From: Alphaproteobacteria bacterium
GTDB lineage: Bacteria > Pseudomonadota > Alphaproteobacteria > Rs-D84 > SZUA-605
DNA length: 64,000 nucleotides
Assembly (NCBI GenBank): GCA_031549385.1
Contig: JAVBPW010000001.1
Coordinates: forward strand, 224,001-288,000
Reading direction: 5' to 3'
Below, in pieces: positions 48,554 to 58,718 of this stretch; the first letter of the stretch is position 1; each line of letters starts with the position of its first letter. The translations under genes were made by a program, and so were the position numbers. The notes under the pieces are model-generated. The model saw only the letters and a list, made by a program, of their open reading frames with translations. It made no database searches and was not told where the DNA came from.

Positions 48554-51028
48554 TTGTTTGATTTTGTTTTAGATTTTTTTAATTTTGAATTGAATTTTAA
48601 AAGTATTGTGCTTTTTATTGTAGCTATATTTTCTTTTTCACTGTTTTTACTTATTTTTGTTAGAAAGTTTGTTGATAAAATTTTACCAACTGTAAATGAA
48701 ACACGTTTAAAAGATTTTTTGCCTTTCTTGGGTGTTGATCAGGATAAAAAAACTATTCTTTGTAATGATAATACATATGTTCGTGTTTTTTTAGTTGATG
48801 GACTTAATATGATACTTGTGTCTGATAAAGAAAAACAACTTTATTTAGATGTTAGAAAAAAATTTATAGAATCTTTAGATAGTGAAAGTGTTAGTACTAA
48901 ATTTGTTACTTTAAGACAAAAAATTTCTCAAGATACTACAACTGATCATACTAATTTTGTTTTAAAGAAAATTAATGATAAGTGGAATGAAAAAATGAGA
49001 ACTATTTATTCCAATAAATATTATGTAGTTGTTTCTGTTAAAGATGTTGTTAAAAAGAATGCTTTGCAAAAGTTAAATGAAGTAGAACAAATTTTATTAA
49101 CTACTCTTTCTCCATTTAGTCCAAAAGTATTATTACAACAAAATGATTTGAATAAAGATTCTTTGTTGGATGTTTATTCTTATATGGCGTCACCTATTAG
49201 CCGACCTAATATTCGTGGAGATGTTAGTATGGCTTCTATTAATGAGTTAGTTTCTGGAGATGAAGTTGTTTTCAATAAAAATGGTGTTATAGAATTTAGA
49301 TCAGGTGAGAAAAAAAGATATATGACTGTTATAGGTCTTAAAAGAGTACCTGATTATATTGATGAACAAATGTATTCTGATTTAATGACACTTGATTATG
49401 AAATGATTTTCTTAAAATCTTTAAAAGTTTATCCTAATTTAAAAGGAGCAGCGGTTCTTAATTCTCAAAAACGAATTGATCTTTCTACTAATTTTTCTTC
49501 TGAAGTGGAAGGACAATATGATTATGCTATTGATGAACTTAATGATATTGCTGAAAAATCTCAAAAGTTGGTTGATTTTGGAGAAGCTATTTATTTATAT
49601 TCTGATAATTTGCAAGAATTGGAAAAAGGTGTGGAAGATGTATTTAAAGTTCTTAGACTTTATATGGCAACACCTGCTCGTGAAACTTGGGTTGCTCAGA
49701 TTTCATGGTTCTGCTTATTTCCATCTTATGATATAGTACCACGTGTATATAAATTATTATCACGTGCTGTTGCTTGTTCTTTAGTTTTTGAAAGAGTACC
49801 AACTGGATTTATGGGTAATGATTGGGGTGATGGATGTATTTCTATGTTCCCAACTGCTAATGGAACTAATTATAGATTCCAATTCCATATTTCATCTGCG
49901 CCTGCTGCCGTTGCTCACTCTGTTGTTATTGGACCAACTGGTATTGGTAAAACTACACTTTATGCTTTCTTGTGTGGGGCTGCTATGAGATATCCTAAAC
50001 TTAAAGCTTATTTCTTTGATAGAAATAGAGGTATTGAAATCTTTACTAATGCTGTTGGTGGATCTTATCTAACTTTCGTTAGTGGAAAAACTAAAGATAT
50101 TGATTATGGAAAACAAACTTATATGAATCCTTTGAAACTTCCAGATTCACCAGAAAATAGACAGTTTTTAAGACAATGGTTAAAAGCTATTACTTATATG
50201 GATACTCAAGATTATATAAAAGAAGAAGCTGGGGTTGAAGAAGAAATAGCACGCGCTGTATCTGTTGTTTATGATTATTTAGATTATGATTTAAGATCTT
50301 TGAAGAATATCTATAAATCATGTTTTAATCCTAAAGGAATTGTAAGACAAGAAATTAAACGTTGGGTAGATGATGAACAATATGGAATGCTGTTTAATTC
50401 TCCAGTTGATAATTTAGACCTTTCATCTCAATTAACATCTTTTGATTTTACTAATATTTTTGAAGATCCAAAATTAGCACCAGCTATTATTTCATATATT
50501 ATGAATCAGATTAATAATATTTCTACACGAACAGGGGATCCGTCACTTGTTGTAATTGATGAAACTGCACCTATGTTGGAAAATCCTATGTTTAGAAGTA
50601 ATTTCATTATTGGATTACAAGAGGGTAGAAAGAAAAGACAAGCTTATATGGCTGCATTTCAACAACCTAATATTATCGATAAATTAGGAGTAGGGGAAGC
50701 AATCAGAGGTCAATGCCAAACAGTGATATTCTTTAAAAATCCACAAGCAACCTCACAAGATTATGCAGGTTGGAATTTAAATGAAAAAGAAATGGCATTT
50801 ATAGCAGGTAAACTTTATCCAGAACTAAGATATGCTATTTTGATAAAACGACCATTCATAAATGAATCAGTAATTCTAAATATAGATCTTTCATTTGAAG
50901 GACAATATTTGAAGATTTTTGATAGTGGAAGAAAGTCTGTAGTGTTGGCTGATGAGATTCTCAAGAAGATGGGGGCTGGGGCAGCTGGAACAGAGAAGTA
51001 CTTTAACGAGTTATTAAAATCATTATAG
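48554..51028 (+). CDS. virB4: VirB4-family type IV secretion ATPase
   Basis: Y.FQFH....AHSVVIGPTGIGKTT (Walker A), FDRNRG.EIF..A.GG.Y, VIDE (Walker B), EGRKK. Confidence 0.92.
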   Translation: MFDFVLDFFNFELNFKSIVLFIVAIFSFSLFLLIFVRKFVDKILPTVNETRLKDFLPFLGVDQDKKTILCNDNTYVRVFLVDGLNMILVSDKEKQLYLDVRKKFIESLDSESVSTKFVTLRQKISQDTTTDHTNFVLKKINDKWNEKMRTIYSNKYYVVVSVKDVVKKNALQKLNEVEQILLTTLSPFSPKVLLQQNDLNKDSLLDVYSYMASPISRPNIRGDVSMASINELVSGDEVVFNKNGVIEFRSGEKKRYMTVIGLKRVPDYIDEQMYSDLMTLDYEMIFLKSLKVYPNLKGAAVLNSQKRIDLSTNFSSEVEGQYDYAIDELNDIAEKSQKLVDFGEAIYLYSDNLQELEKGVEDVFKVLRLYMATPARETWVAQISWFCLFPSYDIVPRVYKLLSRAVACSLVFERVPTGFMGNDWGDGCISMFPTANGTNYRFQFHISSAPAAVAHSVVIGPTGIGKTTLYAFLCGAAMRYPKLKAYFFDRNRGIEIFTNAVGGSYLTFVSGKTKDIDYGKQTYMNPLKLPDSPENRQFLRQWLKAITYMDTQDYIKEEAGVEEEIARAVSVVYDYLDYDLRSLKNIYKSCFNPKGIVRQEIKRWVDDEQYGMLFNSPVDNLDLSSQLTSFDFTNIFEDPKLAPAIISYIMNQINNISTRTGDPSLVVIDETAPMLENPMFRSNFIIGLQEGRKKRQAYMAAFQQPNIIDKLGVGEAIRGQCQTVIFFKNPQATSQDYAGWNLNEKEMAFIAGKLYPELRYAILIKRPFINESVILNIDLSFEGQYLKIFDSGRKSVVLADEILKKMGAGAAGTEKYFNELLKSL

Positions 51029-51114
51029 TTTTGGGCACATTGAAAATGGGTTGCAAATAACATTTTCACCTCATTTTGAATGGCCGCAGATATGTTTTAT
51101 GAAAATTAAAAAAG

Positions 51115-51174
51115 ACGGTGTTTGGTGAGATTTTTATATCTATAACTCTCTGTTTTTGGATTCTAATTTGACTC
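51115..51174 (+). repeat. Oriented intergenic module (copy 8, degenerate ACGGT head)
   Basis: TAACTCTCTGTTTTTGGATTCTAATTTGACTC. Confidence 0.75.
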
Positions 51175-51298
51175 TTTTTGTTTTTTAATAATCTGTATTT
51201 TCTTTTGTTTGCTTTTTTAATTTTTATAATTATTGATTTTTTAGTTCAAATTTGGTATTAATCAAACAATTAAAATTTATTGAAAAAAGGTGTTTAGT

Positions 51299-52972
51299 AT
51301 GTCACAAAAAGTTCTTATTACTTCTGCTTTACCATATGTTAATGGAGTGCCTCATTTAGGTCACTTGGTTGGGTGTTTATTGCCTTCTGATGTTTTTGCT
51401 AGATTCAATAGGCTGCTTGGTAATGAAGTTTTGTATATTGGTGGAACAGATGAATATGGTACACCTACTGAAGTTGGTGCTCTTAAAGAAGGAATTCCTG
51501 TTAGGGAATATGTTGATAAATATTTTAATGTGCACAAAGAAACTTATGATAAATTCAATTTATCTTTTAATAAGTTAGGGAGAACTTCTACTGATACTCA
51601 TACTAAATTAGTGCAATCTGTTTTTTTAGAATTAAAAGAAAATGGATATATCGAAAACAAAGAAATTGAACAAGTTTATAGTATCAAAGATGATATGTTT
51701 TTGGCTGACAGATATATCGAAGGAACTTGTCCTAAATGTGGATATGAAAAAGCACGTGGAGATCAATGTGATAAATGTGGGTCACTTCTTGATCCTGTTG
51801 ATCTTATTAATCCTTATAGTGTTATTTCTGGATCTCATGATTTGGAAGTTAGAAAAACTGAACATGCTTTTTTGAAATTAAAATCTATGCAGGGGTTAGT
51901 TGAAGATTGGATTAAAACTCGTGTTGGCTGGAGCAAGGTTGCACTTTCTATTGCTAATAAATGGCTTAAGGAAGGTTTGAAGGATAGATGTATTACTAGA
52001 GATATTAAATGGGGTATTCCTGTTCCTGATATGCCTGGAAAAGTTTTTTATGTTTGGTTTGATGCTCCTTGGGGATATGTTTCTATATCTCAAAAATGGG
52101 CAGAAGAAACTGGCGGAGATTGGAAAAGGTTTTGGTTTGAAAATGATACAAGATATTATCAATTTATGGGAAAAGATAATGTGCCTTTCCATAGTGTAAT
52201 GTTTCCTGCTGAAGAATTGGCTACTACTACTAAATGGAAAACAGTTGATGTTTTAAAAGGTTTGAACTTTTTAAACTTTGGTGATGGAAAATTTTCTAAA
52301 TCTTTAGGAAATGGTTTTTCTGGATTAGATGCTGTTGAACTTTTTGATGTAGATTATTGGAGATATTGGTTAATGGCTAATTCACCTGAAAGTGATGATG
52401 CTGAATTTACTTTTAATATTTTTGCAGATCAAATTAATAAAGACCTTAATGATATTTTAGGTAACTTTGTTTTGAGAGTTTTGAAATTTTGTAGGTCTAA
52501 ATTTGGAACTAATGTTCCTGAAAACTTTGGCAATACTGACGTTGAAAATAAATTATTTTCTCAATTAGATGAAAAGGTGGAAGAATATAACTTTGCATTA
52601 TCAAATTTAGAATTTAGAAAAGCTACTAAGGCTTTGCGTGAAATTTGGGTGCTTGGTAATGAGTATATTGCAAACAGTGAACCTTGGAGTGTTATTAAGA
52701 CTGATGAAAAAAGAGCTATGACTATTATTCATAATTCTATTAAATTAATTGCTTTGTTTGGTGTGTTGTCACAACCTATTATGCCTGGAGTTGCCAAAAA
52801 ACTTTTAGCTTTTGTTGGTGTTGAAAAAGAAAACCTTTGGGTTAATGACAATGTGGAAGATTTTGTTAATTCTTTAATTGTTTCTGGAAATGAAATATTT
52901 GTGCCAGATACTTTGTTTGAAAAAATAGATGATGTTAAAGTTGCAGAACTAAAGGAAAAATATAAAGGATAG
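51299..52972 (+). CDS. metG: Methionyl-tRNA synthetase (two zinc-knuckle type)
   Basis: ITSALPYVNG.PHLGH, GTCPKC..ARGDQCDKC, YVWFDA, GKDNVPFH, KFSKS. Confidence 0.97.
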   Translation: MSQKVLITSALPYVNGVPHLGHLVGCLLPSDVFARFNRLLGNEVLYIGGTDEYGTPTEVGALKEGIPVREYVDKYFNVHKETYDKFNLSFNKLGRTSTDTHTKLVQSVFLELKENGYIENKEIEQVYSIKDDMFLADRYIEGTCPKCGYEKARGDQCDKCGSLLDPVDLINPYSVISGSHDLEVRKTEHAFLKLKSMQGLVEDWIKTRVGWSKVALSIANKWLKEGLKDRCITRDIKWGIPVPDMPGKVFYVWFDAPWGYVSISQKWAEETGGDWKRFWFENDTRYYQFMGKDNVPFHSVMFPAEELATTTKWKTVDVLKGLNFLNFGDGKFSKSLGNGFSGLDAVELFDVDYWRYWLMANSPESDDAEFTFNIFADQINKDLNDILGNFVLRVLKFCRSKFGTNVPENFGNTDVENKLFSQLDEKVEEYNFALSNLEFRKATKALREIWVLGNEYIANSEPWSVIKTDEKRAMTIIHNSIKLIALFGVLSQPIMPGVAKKLLAFVGVEKENLWVNDNVEDFVNSLIVSGNEIFVPDTLFEKIDDVKVAELKEKYKG

Positions 52973-52974
52973 AT

Positions 52975-54165
52975 ATGAGAAAGTTATTAATTATTCTTTG
53001 TTTATTTTCTTGTTTCTTTGTACAGGCACGTCCTTTAAAGACACCTGGAAAAAGTGGTATTGTTATTGATTATGAAACAGGACAAATATTGTTTGAAAAA
53101 GATGCTTTTACTCCTATTGCACCTTCTAATATTTCTAAATTGATGACACTTTATACTGCTTATACTCAAATAGATAAACAAAAGTTAGATGTAAATGATA
53201 GTTTTTTTGTTTCTGAAAAAGCGTTAGAAGGAATTGATACAGGTGAAGTTACTGTTTTATTAAAAGTAGGGCAGAAAATTAAAATTAAAGATTTGTTGGA
53301 AGCAGTTGCTATTACTTATGCTGTGGATGCTTGTAAAGTTCTTGCAGAAGGAATTGCTGGAAGTGAAGAAAAGTTTATTGAAATGATGAATTCTACTGCA
53401 AAAGAATTAGGGTTGTCTTCATCATCATTTACTAATTCTTATGGAAAGAATGAAAAAGGACAAGCTATGTCACCATATGATATTAGTGCATTGTTTAGTA
53501 AAATAATTAGTCAGTATCCAGAATATTATAAATCATTTAATAAAAGATTCTTTGATTATGATGGGGCTACTCATGAAGAGAAAACTAAGTATGTTTATAA
53601 TTTTGGAAACAAAAATAAAATTATTTGGGATATGAGAGGGGCTGATGGTGGTGTTGTTGGGTTTACTAAATATGTAGGATATAACATTGTTGCTTCAGCT
53701 GTTAAAGAAAATAGAAGATTAATTGTTGTTCTTTCTGGATTAAAAGCTCAGGGTAGTTTGGAAGAAATCAATCTTGCTCGAGCTCGAGAGGCTAAAGCAG
53801 TTATGAATTCTGTGTTTGAAGATTATACTATTAAGACTTTTTTTAAAACTGAAAAGCCTATTGCAAAAATTGATTTGATGTATGGAAAGAATAAATTTGT
53901 TGCTATTTATCCAGAACGAGATGTTTATTTTATGTATCCTAATAATGCTAAACATAATATTGTTTTGAATGTTTCTTTTTTTGATAGAGTTACTGCCCCA
54001 GTTAAAAAAGGACAAATTGTTGGAAATATTGACATGGTTGTTGATGGTATTAAAATAGATAGCTATAAGGTGATTATTGGAGAAAATGTGAGGTCTTTAT
54101 ATTTTGGACCTGCTAGATTTTTTGAGAACTTAAAACAATTTTTATTATTATTTATTAAGAGGTAA
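52975..54165 (+). CDS. PBP5/DacA homologue, predicted catalytically inactive
   Basis: S11 fold plus PBP5 C-domain (APVKKGQ.VG) at the dacA-tmk locus, but SxxK is NISK, SxN is YAV and KTG is VVG. Confidence 0.85.
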   Translation: MRKLLIILCLFSCFFVQARPLKTPGKSGIVIDYETGQILFEKDAFTPIAPSNISKLMTLYTAYTQIDKQKLDVNDSFFVSEKALEGIDTGEVTVLLKVGQKIKIKDLLEAVAITYAVDACKVLAEGIAGSEEKFIEMMNSTAKELGLSSSSFTNSYGKNEKGQAMSPYDISALFSKIISQYPEYYKSFNKRFFDYDGATHEEKTKYVYNFGNKNKIIWDMRGADGGVVGFTKYVGYNIVASAVKENRRLIVVLSGLKAQGSLEEINLARAREAKAVMNSVFEDYTIKTFFKTEKPIAKIDLMYGKNKFVAIYPERDVYFMYPNNAKHNIVLNVSFFDRVTAPVKKGQIVGNIDMVVDGIKIDSYKVIIGENVRSLYFGPARFFENLKQFLLLFIKR

Positions 54166-54167
54166 TT

Positions 54168-54830
54168 ATGGTACGAGGAAAATTTATTTCTGTTGAAGGT
54201 GGAGATGGTAGTGGAAAAACTACTCAACTTAGACTTCTTGCTAAATATTTAGAAGAAAAAAATATTCCTGTGTTGTTTACTAAAGAACCTGGTGGCACGG
54301 AAGTTGGAAAGGAAATTAGAAAAATACTTTTAGAAGGACATAAGGAAATAGATTCACTTACAGAATCATTATTGTTTTTTGCTGATAGACGATTGCATGT
54401 TGAAAATGTTATTAAGCCTGCTTTAGAAAAAGGCATTAATGTTATTTCTGATAGATTTGCTGATACTACTTATGCTTTTCAAAAAGCAGCTGGTGGAATT
54501 GATGATAAAACTTTTGATGGGCTTTACAGAGTGACTATTGGGGATTTTAAACCTGATATGACTATTTATCTTGATATTGATCCAGAACTTGGACTTAAAA
54601 GATCTTGTAGAGTGCAAAATCACGAAACACGTATGGAAGAAAAAGGATTGGAATATCATAAACTGGTTAGAAAAGGGTATTTAGATATTGCTTCTAAAGA
54701 TAAAAACCGTTTTAGAATTATAGATAAAGATGCTTGTAGCACTATGAATAAAGAAGATGATATTTGTTGCACTTTTGAGTTAATAAAAAATTTTGTTGAA
54801 GAAGGGTTAGGATTAAAAAAGAATGGATAA
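54168..54830 (+). CDS. tmk: Thymidylate kinase
   Basis: FISVEGGDGSGKTTQ, KEPGGT, SDRF. Confidence 0.97.
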   Translation: MVRGKFISVEGGDGSGKTTQLRLLAKYLEEKNIPVLFTKEPGGTEVGKEIRKILLEGHKEIDSLTESLLFFADRRLHVENVIKPALEKGINVISDRFADTTYAFQKAAGGIDDKTFDGLYRVTIGDFKPDMTIYLDIDPELGLKRSCRVQNHETRMEEKGLEYHKLVRKGYLDIASKDKNRFRIIDKDACSTMNKEDDICCTFELIKNFVEEGLGLKKNG

Positions 54831-55719
54831 AAACTTTTTAATTAATTGTGAGAAAAATGAAAAAATTATTCTGGATGCGTTTAATTCAGATTCATTACAT
54901 CATGCCTATCTTCTTGTTGGAAATAAGGGTGTTGGTAAATTTAGATTTGCTATGAAAATGGCTAGGTTTTTAATGTCTGGTTTGGAAGCTCCTGCTGTTA
55001 GTGTTGATCTTCCTAATGATGATCCTATTTTTTCGCGAATCGAAAAAGGTGGAATTACTGATTTTAAATTTGTTAAAGTTAATGATGGAAAAAAGGAAAT
55101 TGTTATTGAACAAATCAGAGATATTAATGATTTGTTTTATACTACTTCTGCTATGGGTGGATACCGAGTTGTTATTATCGATGAAGTTGAATTGATGAAT
55201 AAAAATACTGCTAATGCTCTTTTGAAGAATTTAGAAGAGCCTCCATTGAAAACTATATTCTTTTTAGTTTGTAATAATTTGAATGCTATTTTGCCTACGA
55301 TTAGATCACGTTGTTTTATTATGAAATTTGCTGATTTGACTCCTGCTCAAATTAAAGAATGTATCGAAATGTATAGTCCTGATTTCAATAATGAATATAT
55401 GGATGAAGTTTTAGAATATTCTGATGGAAGTATTGGGAAAGCGTTAGATTATATTGATAATTTTGAAGTTATTTCACAACTTAATATGGTGCTTGATTTA
55501 GTTAAAGCTGGAAAACGTGATGATGTTTTTAACTTTATTATTTTGGTTGATCAAAATGATGCATATAAAATTGTGTATTCTGTATTACTTAAAAAAATTA
55601 GAAGTGAATCTGTTTATAAAAAATTTGTGACTGAAGTTAATATTGTTAATGTGCTTAATTTAGATAATCAAATGCTATTGTTATTGTTGTTAGAAGAGGT
55701 TGCTAAAAATGCTGATTGA
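54823..55719 (+). CDS. holB: DNA polymerase III delta' subunit
   Basis: HHAYLLVG.KGVGK, ANALLKNLEEPP, LPTIRSRC. Confidence 0.93.
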   Translation: MDKNFLINCEKNEKIILDAFNSDSLHHAYLLVGNKGVGKFRFAMKMARFLMSGLEAPAVSVDLPNDDPIFSRIEKGGITDFKFVKVNDGKKEIVIEQIRDINDLFYTTSAMGGYRVVIIDEVELMNKNTANALLKNLEEPPLKTIFFLVCNNLNAILPTIRSRCFIMKFADLTPAQIKECIEMYSPDFNNEYMDEVLEYSDGSIGKALDYIDNFEVISQLNMVLDLVKAGKRDDVFNFIILVDQNDAYKIVYSVLLKKIRSESVYKKFVTEVNIVNVLNLDNQMLLLLLLEEVAKNAD

Positions 55720-56470
55720 TTCACATTGTCATTTAGATGATGAAAAATATGTTGTTTTAGATGAAGTAATTGAAAGGGCTGCTGATAATAATGTTTGTGG
55801 AATATTATCTGTGGCTGCTGATATTTTGGAATGGGATAAGGTTGTTAGTATTGCTGATACTTATAATAATGTTTGGGCTGCACTTGGAATTCATCCCTAT
55901 GGATGCTGCGATTACCAAAAAATAAAAAAGTCGGCTTTTGAGTCAAAAAAAGTAGTAGCTGTTGGTGAATGTGGTTTGGATTATGCAGGCGATAATGCTG
56001 ATGATAAAAAAGGACAAAAGAAAGCTTTTATTTTTCAACTTGATTTAGCAAGAGAATTGGACCTTCCAGTAATTATTCATACCAGAGATGCTGATAAAGA
56101 TATGGGAGATATTCTTTCAAGTGAATATAAGAATAAACCTTTTAGAGCAGTGCTTCATAGTTATACATCTGGATGGGATTTATTGAAAATTGGGTTGGAT
56201 TTGGATTTTTTTGTTTCTGCTTCTGGAATTATTACTTTTAAAAATGCTCCTGAAGTTAGGGCTAATTTTGAAAAAGCACCTGTGGATAAAATATTAGTCG
56301 AAACAGATGGACCTTGGTTGGCTCCTGTTCCTTTCAGAGGAAAAATTTGTGAACCATTTATGGTTAAATATACTGCTGAAAAATTAGCAGAATTGAAAGA
56401 TATGAAGTTTGAAGATATTGAGGATATTACTACTGATAATTTCTTTAGATTGTTTAATAAATGTTTGTAG
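55709..56470 (+). CDS. tatD: TatD family hydrolase
   Basis: IDSHCHL, GIHP, GECGLDY, IIHTRDA, VETDGPWLAP. Confidence 0.96.
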   Translation: MLIDSHCHLDDEKYVVLDEVIERAADNNVCGILSVAADILEWDKVVSIADTYNNVWAALGIHPYGCCDYQKIKKSAFESKKVVAVGECGLDYAGDNADDKKGQKKAFIFQLDLARELDLPVIIHTRDADKDMGDILSSEYKNKPFRAVLHSYTSGWDLLKIGLDLDFFVSASGIITFKNAPEVRANFEKAPVDKILVETDGPWLAPVPFRGKICEPFMVKYTAEKLAELKDMKFEDIEDITTDNFFRLFNKCL

Positions 56471-56480
56471 GGAAGATTTT

Positions 56481-57011
56481 ATGAAAAAGATTTTAGTAGC
56501 TTTGACTATTTTACTTTCTGCACCATGTTTTGCATGGGGAGAAGATTCTTTTGTTTATTTGGATTTTAAATTGGCTAGTGCTTTATCTTCTAATGATGAT
56601 TATGATGGTTATCAACATGATGTGTTTGGAGCTGGGTTTGCTGGTGGGGTAGTTATTCCTTTAAATGATTGGTTTAATTTTAGAGGTGAGTTGGCTTATG
56701 AATTTGGTGTTCTTGATTCTGGTGGACTTTCTGAACAAAAATGGATACTTTATCCTATGTTTAGAGTTGGGTTAGAAATGCATTACAAAGAGTTTCCTGT
56801 TATACCTTATGCTTTGATTGGGGGAATGCCTCATATAGAAGGTGTGTTTGAATATCCTGGTTGGGACGCAACTGTTGGTATCAGACTTCCTGTGTTCGGT
56901 GATGAGGGGTCTGTATCATTTGGTATGGTATATGGTCAACTTTACCCTGAAGATCCAGGTGACGATGTTAAAAAACATATGGGATTTATTTCTTTAAGCC
57001 ATTCTTTTTAA
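56481..57011 (+). CDS. Small outer-membrane beta-barrel protein
   Basis: Signal peptide, FRGELAY, VIPYALIGG, C-terminal Phe. Confidence 0.75.
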   Translation: MKKILVALTILLSAPCFAWGEDSFVYLDFKLASALSSNDDYDGYQHDVFGAGFAGGVVIPLNDWFNFRGELAYEFGVLDSGGLSEQKWILYPMFRVGLEMHYKEFPVIPYALIGGMPHIEGVFEYPGWDATVGIRLPVFGDEGSVSFGMVYGQLYPEDPGDDVKKHMGFISLSHSF

Positions 57012-57094
57012 GTTTCTTTTAATTATATTAAAACTTGACAAATTAAATTACTAAACTATGTTATAAATATATAACTTAGAAAAGTGAGTCGTTT

Positions 57095-57842
57095 TTGAAA
57101 ATTTTTTTAATACTGTTTTTAGCTGTTTTTTTAGTTGTTCCTTCTTATGCTGCTGGTGATAAGAAAACTTCTTCTAAATCATCTTCTAAGACTGCTAGAG
57201 TTGAGAAAAAAGCTAAAACACCGATAAAAGCTAAGCAAGTTAAGAAAGAGGCTCCTAAAAAAGAACAAGTTAAAGAAAAAATCATTATTAAAAAAGAAAT
57301 TGTTTATAAAGAACCTGAAGTTGTTTATGTTAGGGTTGAGCCTGTTATTAAGACTAAAACATACATAGAAGCACAAATTATGGAAGGTTTGTATAAGGTT
57401 AAGGTAATAGATATGGAGTCTATGCCTACACGCACTATGCCAGGAGCTTCAATTTCAGCAGGATTTACAACCCCTATTAACAATACTTTATATTTTAGAA
57501 GCGAAGGAGCTTATATATTTGGTTATAAGATAGATGATCAGACTAATTATTCTTCTTTTATGCTAAGGGCAGGGTTAGAAGTTAATCCATATAAAGCCAA
57601 GGTTATACCTTATGTTTTATTAGGTGGAGGGTATGTTGCTATTGATCCTCCGCATGCGTCTGTTTGGACTGCACCTGGTTGGGATTTTAACTTTTGGAGT
57701 TAAAGTGCCTATTAAAAACGGATGGAGTGTAGCTGCAGGGGCAACTTATATGCAAACTATTATGCACTATCCAGAATTACAGGGTAGGAGTGCTCGATTT
57801 GAAAGAATGGTTGGGTTTTTGGGCGTAAATAAAACTTTTTAA
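57095..57842 (+). pseudogene. Paralogous outer-membrane beta-barrel gene with a single-base frameshift
   Basis: Removing one T at 57685-57688 fuses 57095-57703 with 57624-57842, giving PGWDLTFGVKVP...NKTF, matching the paralog PGWDATVGIRLP...SHSF. Confidence 0.8.
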
Positions 57843-57904
57843 AAAATATTTTTTAAATAGCTTGCAATCTTAATATTTTAGAGTTATAGTTTGGTTCTTC
57901 TTAT

Positions 57905-57981
<77 letters not shown>

Positions 57982-57992
57982 CTTAATTTTCA

Positions 57993-58703
57993 ATGAATTA
58001 TATTGGGTTTGTAATGTCTTCATTTAAAAAATATTCATTTCAAGATAGCAAAGGTATAGAATTAAAAGCGAAGAGTGAAGAATTATCTAAAGCTCAACTA
58101 ACCGCTTTTACAAATGGTAATATTAGTACAGAAAGAAATATGTTTAATGTAGCTATAAGTAATATGTTTTATTCAAATATTGCAGCTTTTATAACTCTTT
58201 CAGAAAAAGGAAATTTTTTAGCAGCTAATGCTGTTGTAAGAATGCATATTGATTGTTTATTAAAATTGTTTTCTTCATTTATAATTTCTCCTGAAGAAGA
58301 TTGGATAAAATTTATGTTATTTTCTGATAGTTCACAAGATAATAAAAAAATTAAATATACTAATGGTAAAAAAACAGATATTAATTATAAATTTTTATAT
58401 CAACAATTTGAAAAACATACAAAAAATAAGAATATAGAGGCTTTATACAAGTACTTTTGTAAATATGTACACATGACAGAGGCTCAATTTAGACAATGTA
58501 TTGCATTTAAAGCTCCTTTTAAAGAGGCAGAATGGAGAGCATGTACAAATATTAACGGAATCCAAGACATGTTTGAAAATGATGTTAAGTATAGTTATAA
58601 TGCAATGTTACAAATTTCTAATGAAATAATTGCGTTTATGAAACTTTTAAAATTGCCTGAAAAATATAGAACTATTTATAAGAAGTTTAGTCTTATAAGT
58701 TAA
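57993..58703 (+). CDS. Hypothetical helical protein (DUF5677/HEPN-like pattern)
   Basis: A..VVR..ID and LY..FC.YVH pattern; starts 11 nt after the tRNA CCA. Confidence 0.6.
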   Translation: MNYIGFVMSSFKKYSFQDSKGIELKAKSEELSKAQLTAFTNGNISTERNMFNVAISNMFYSNIAAFITLSEKGNFLAANAVVRMHIDCLLKLFSSFIISPEEDWIKFMLFSDSSQDNKKIKYTNGKKTDINYKFLYQQFEKHTKNKNIEALYKYFCKYVHMTEAQFRQCIAFKAPFKEAEWRACTNINGIQDMFENDVKYSYNAMLQISNEIIAFMKLLKLPEKYRTIYKKFSLIS

Positions 58704-58718
58704 AAATATATGTTTACC

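Noticed and set aside
51211-51255. Possible ninth copy of the oriented module
   Set aside because: Lacks both CCGGC and GANTC; too degenerate to count
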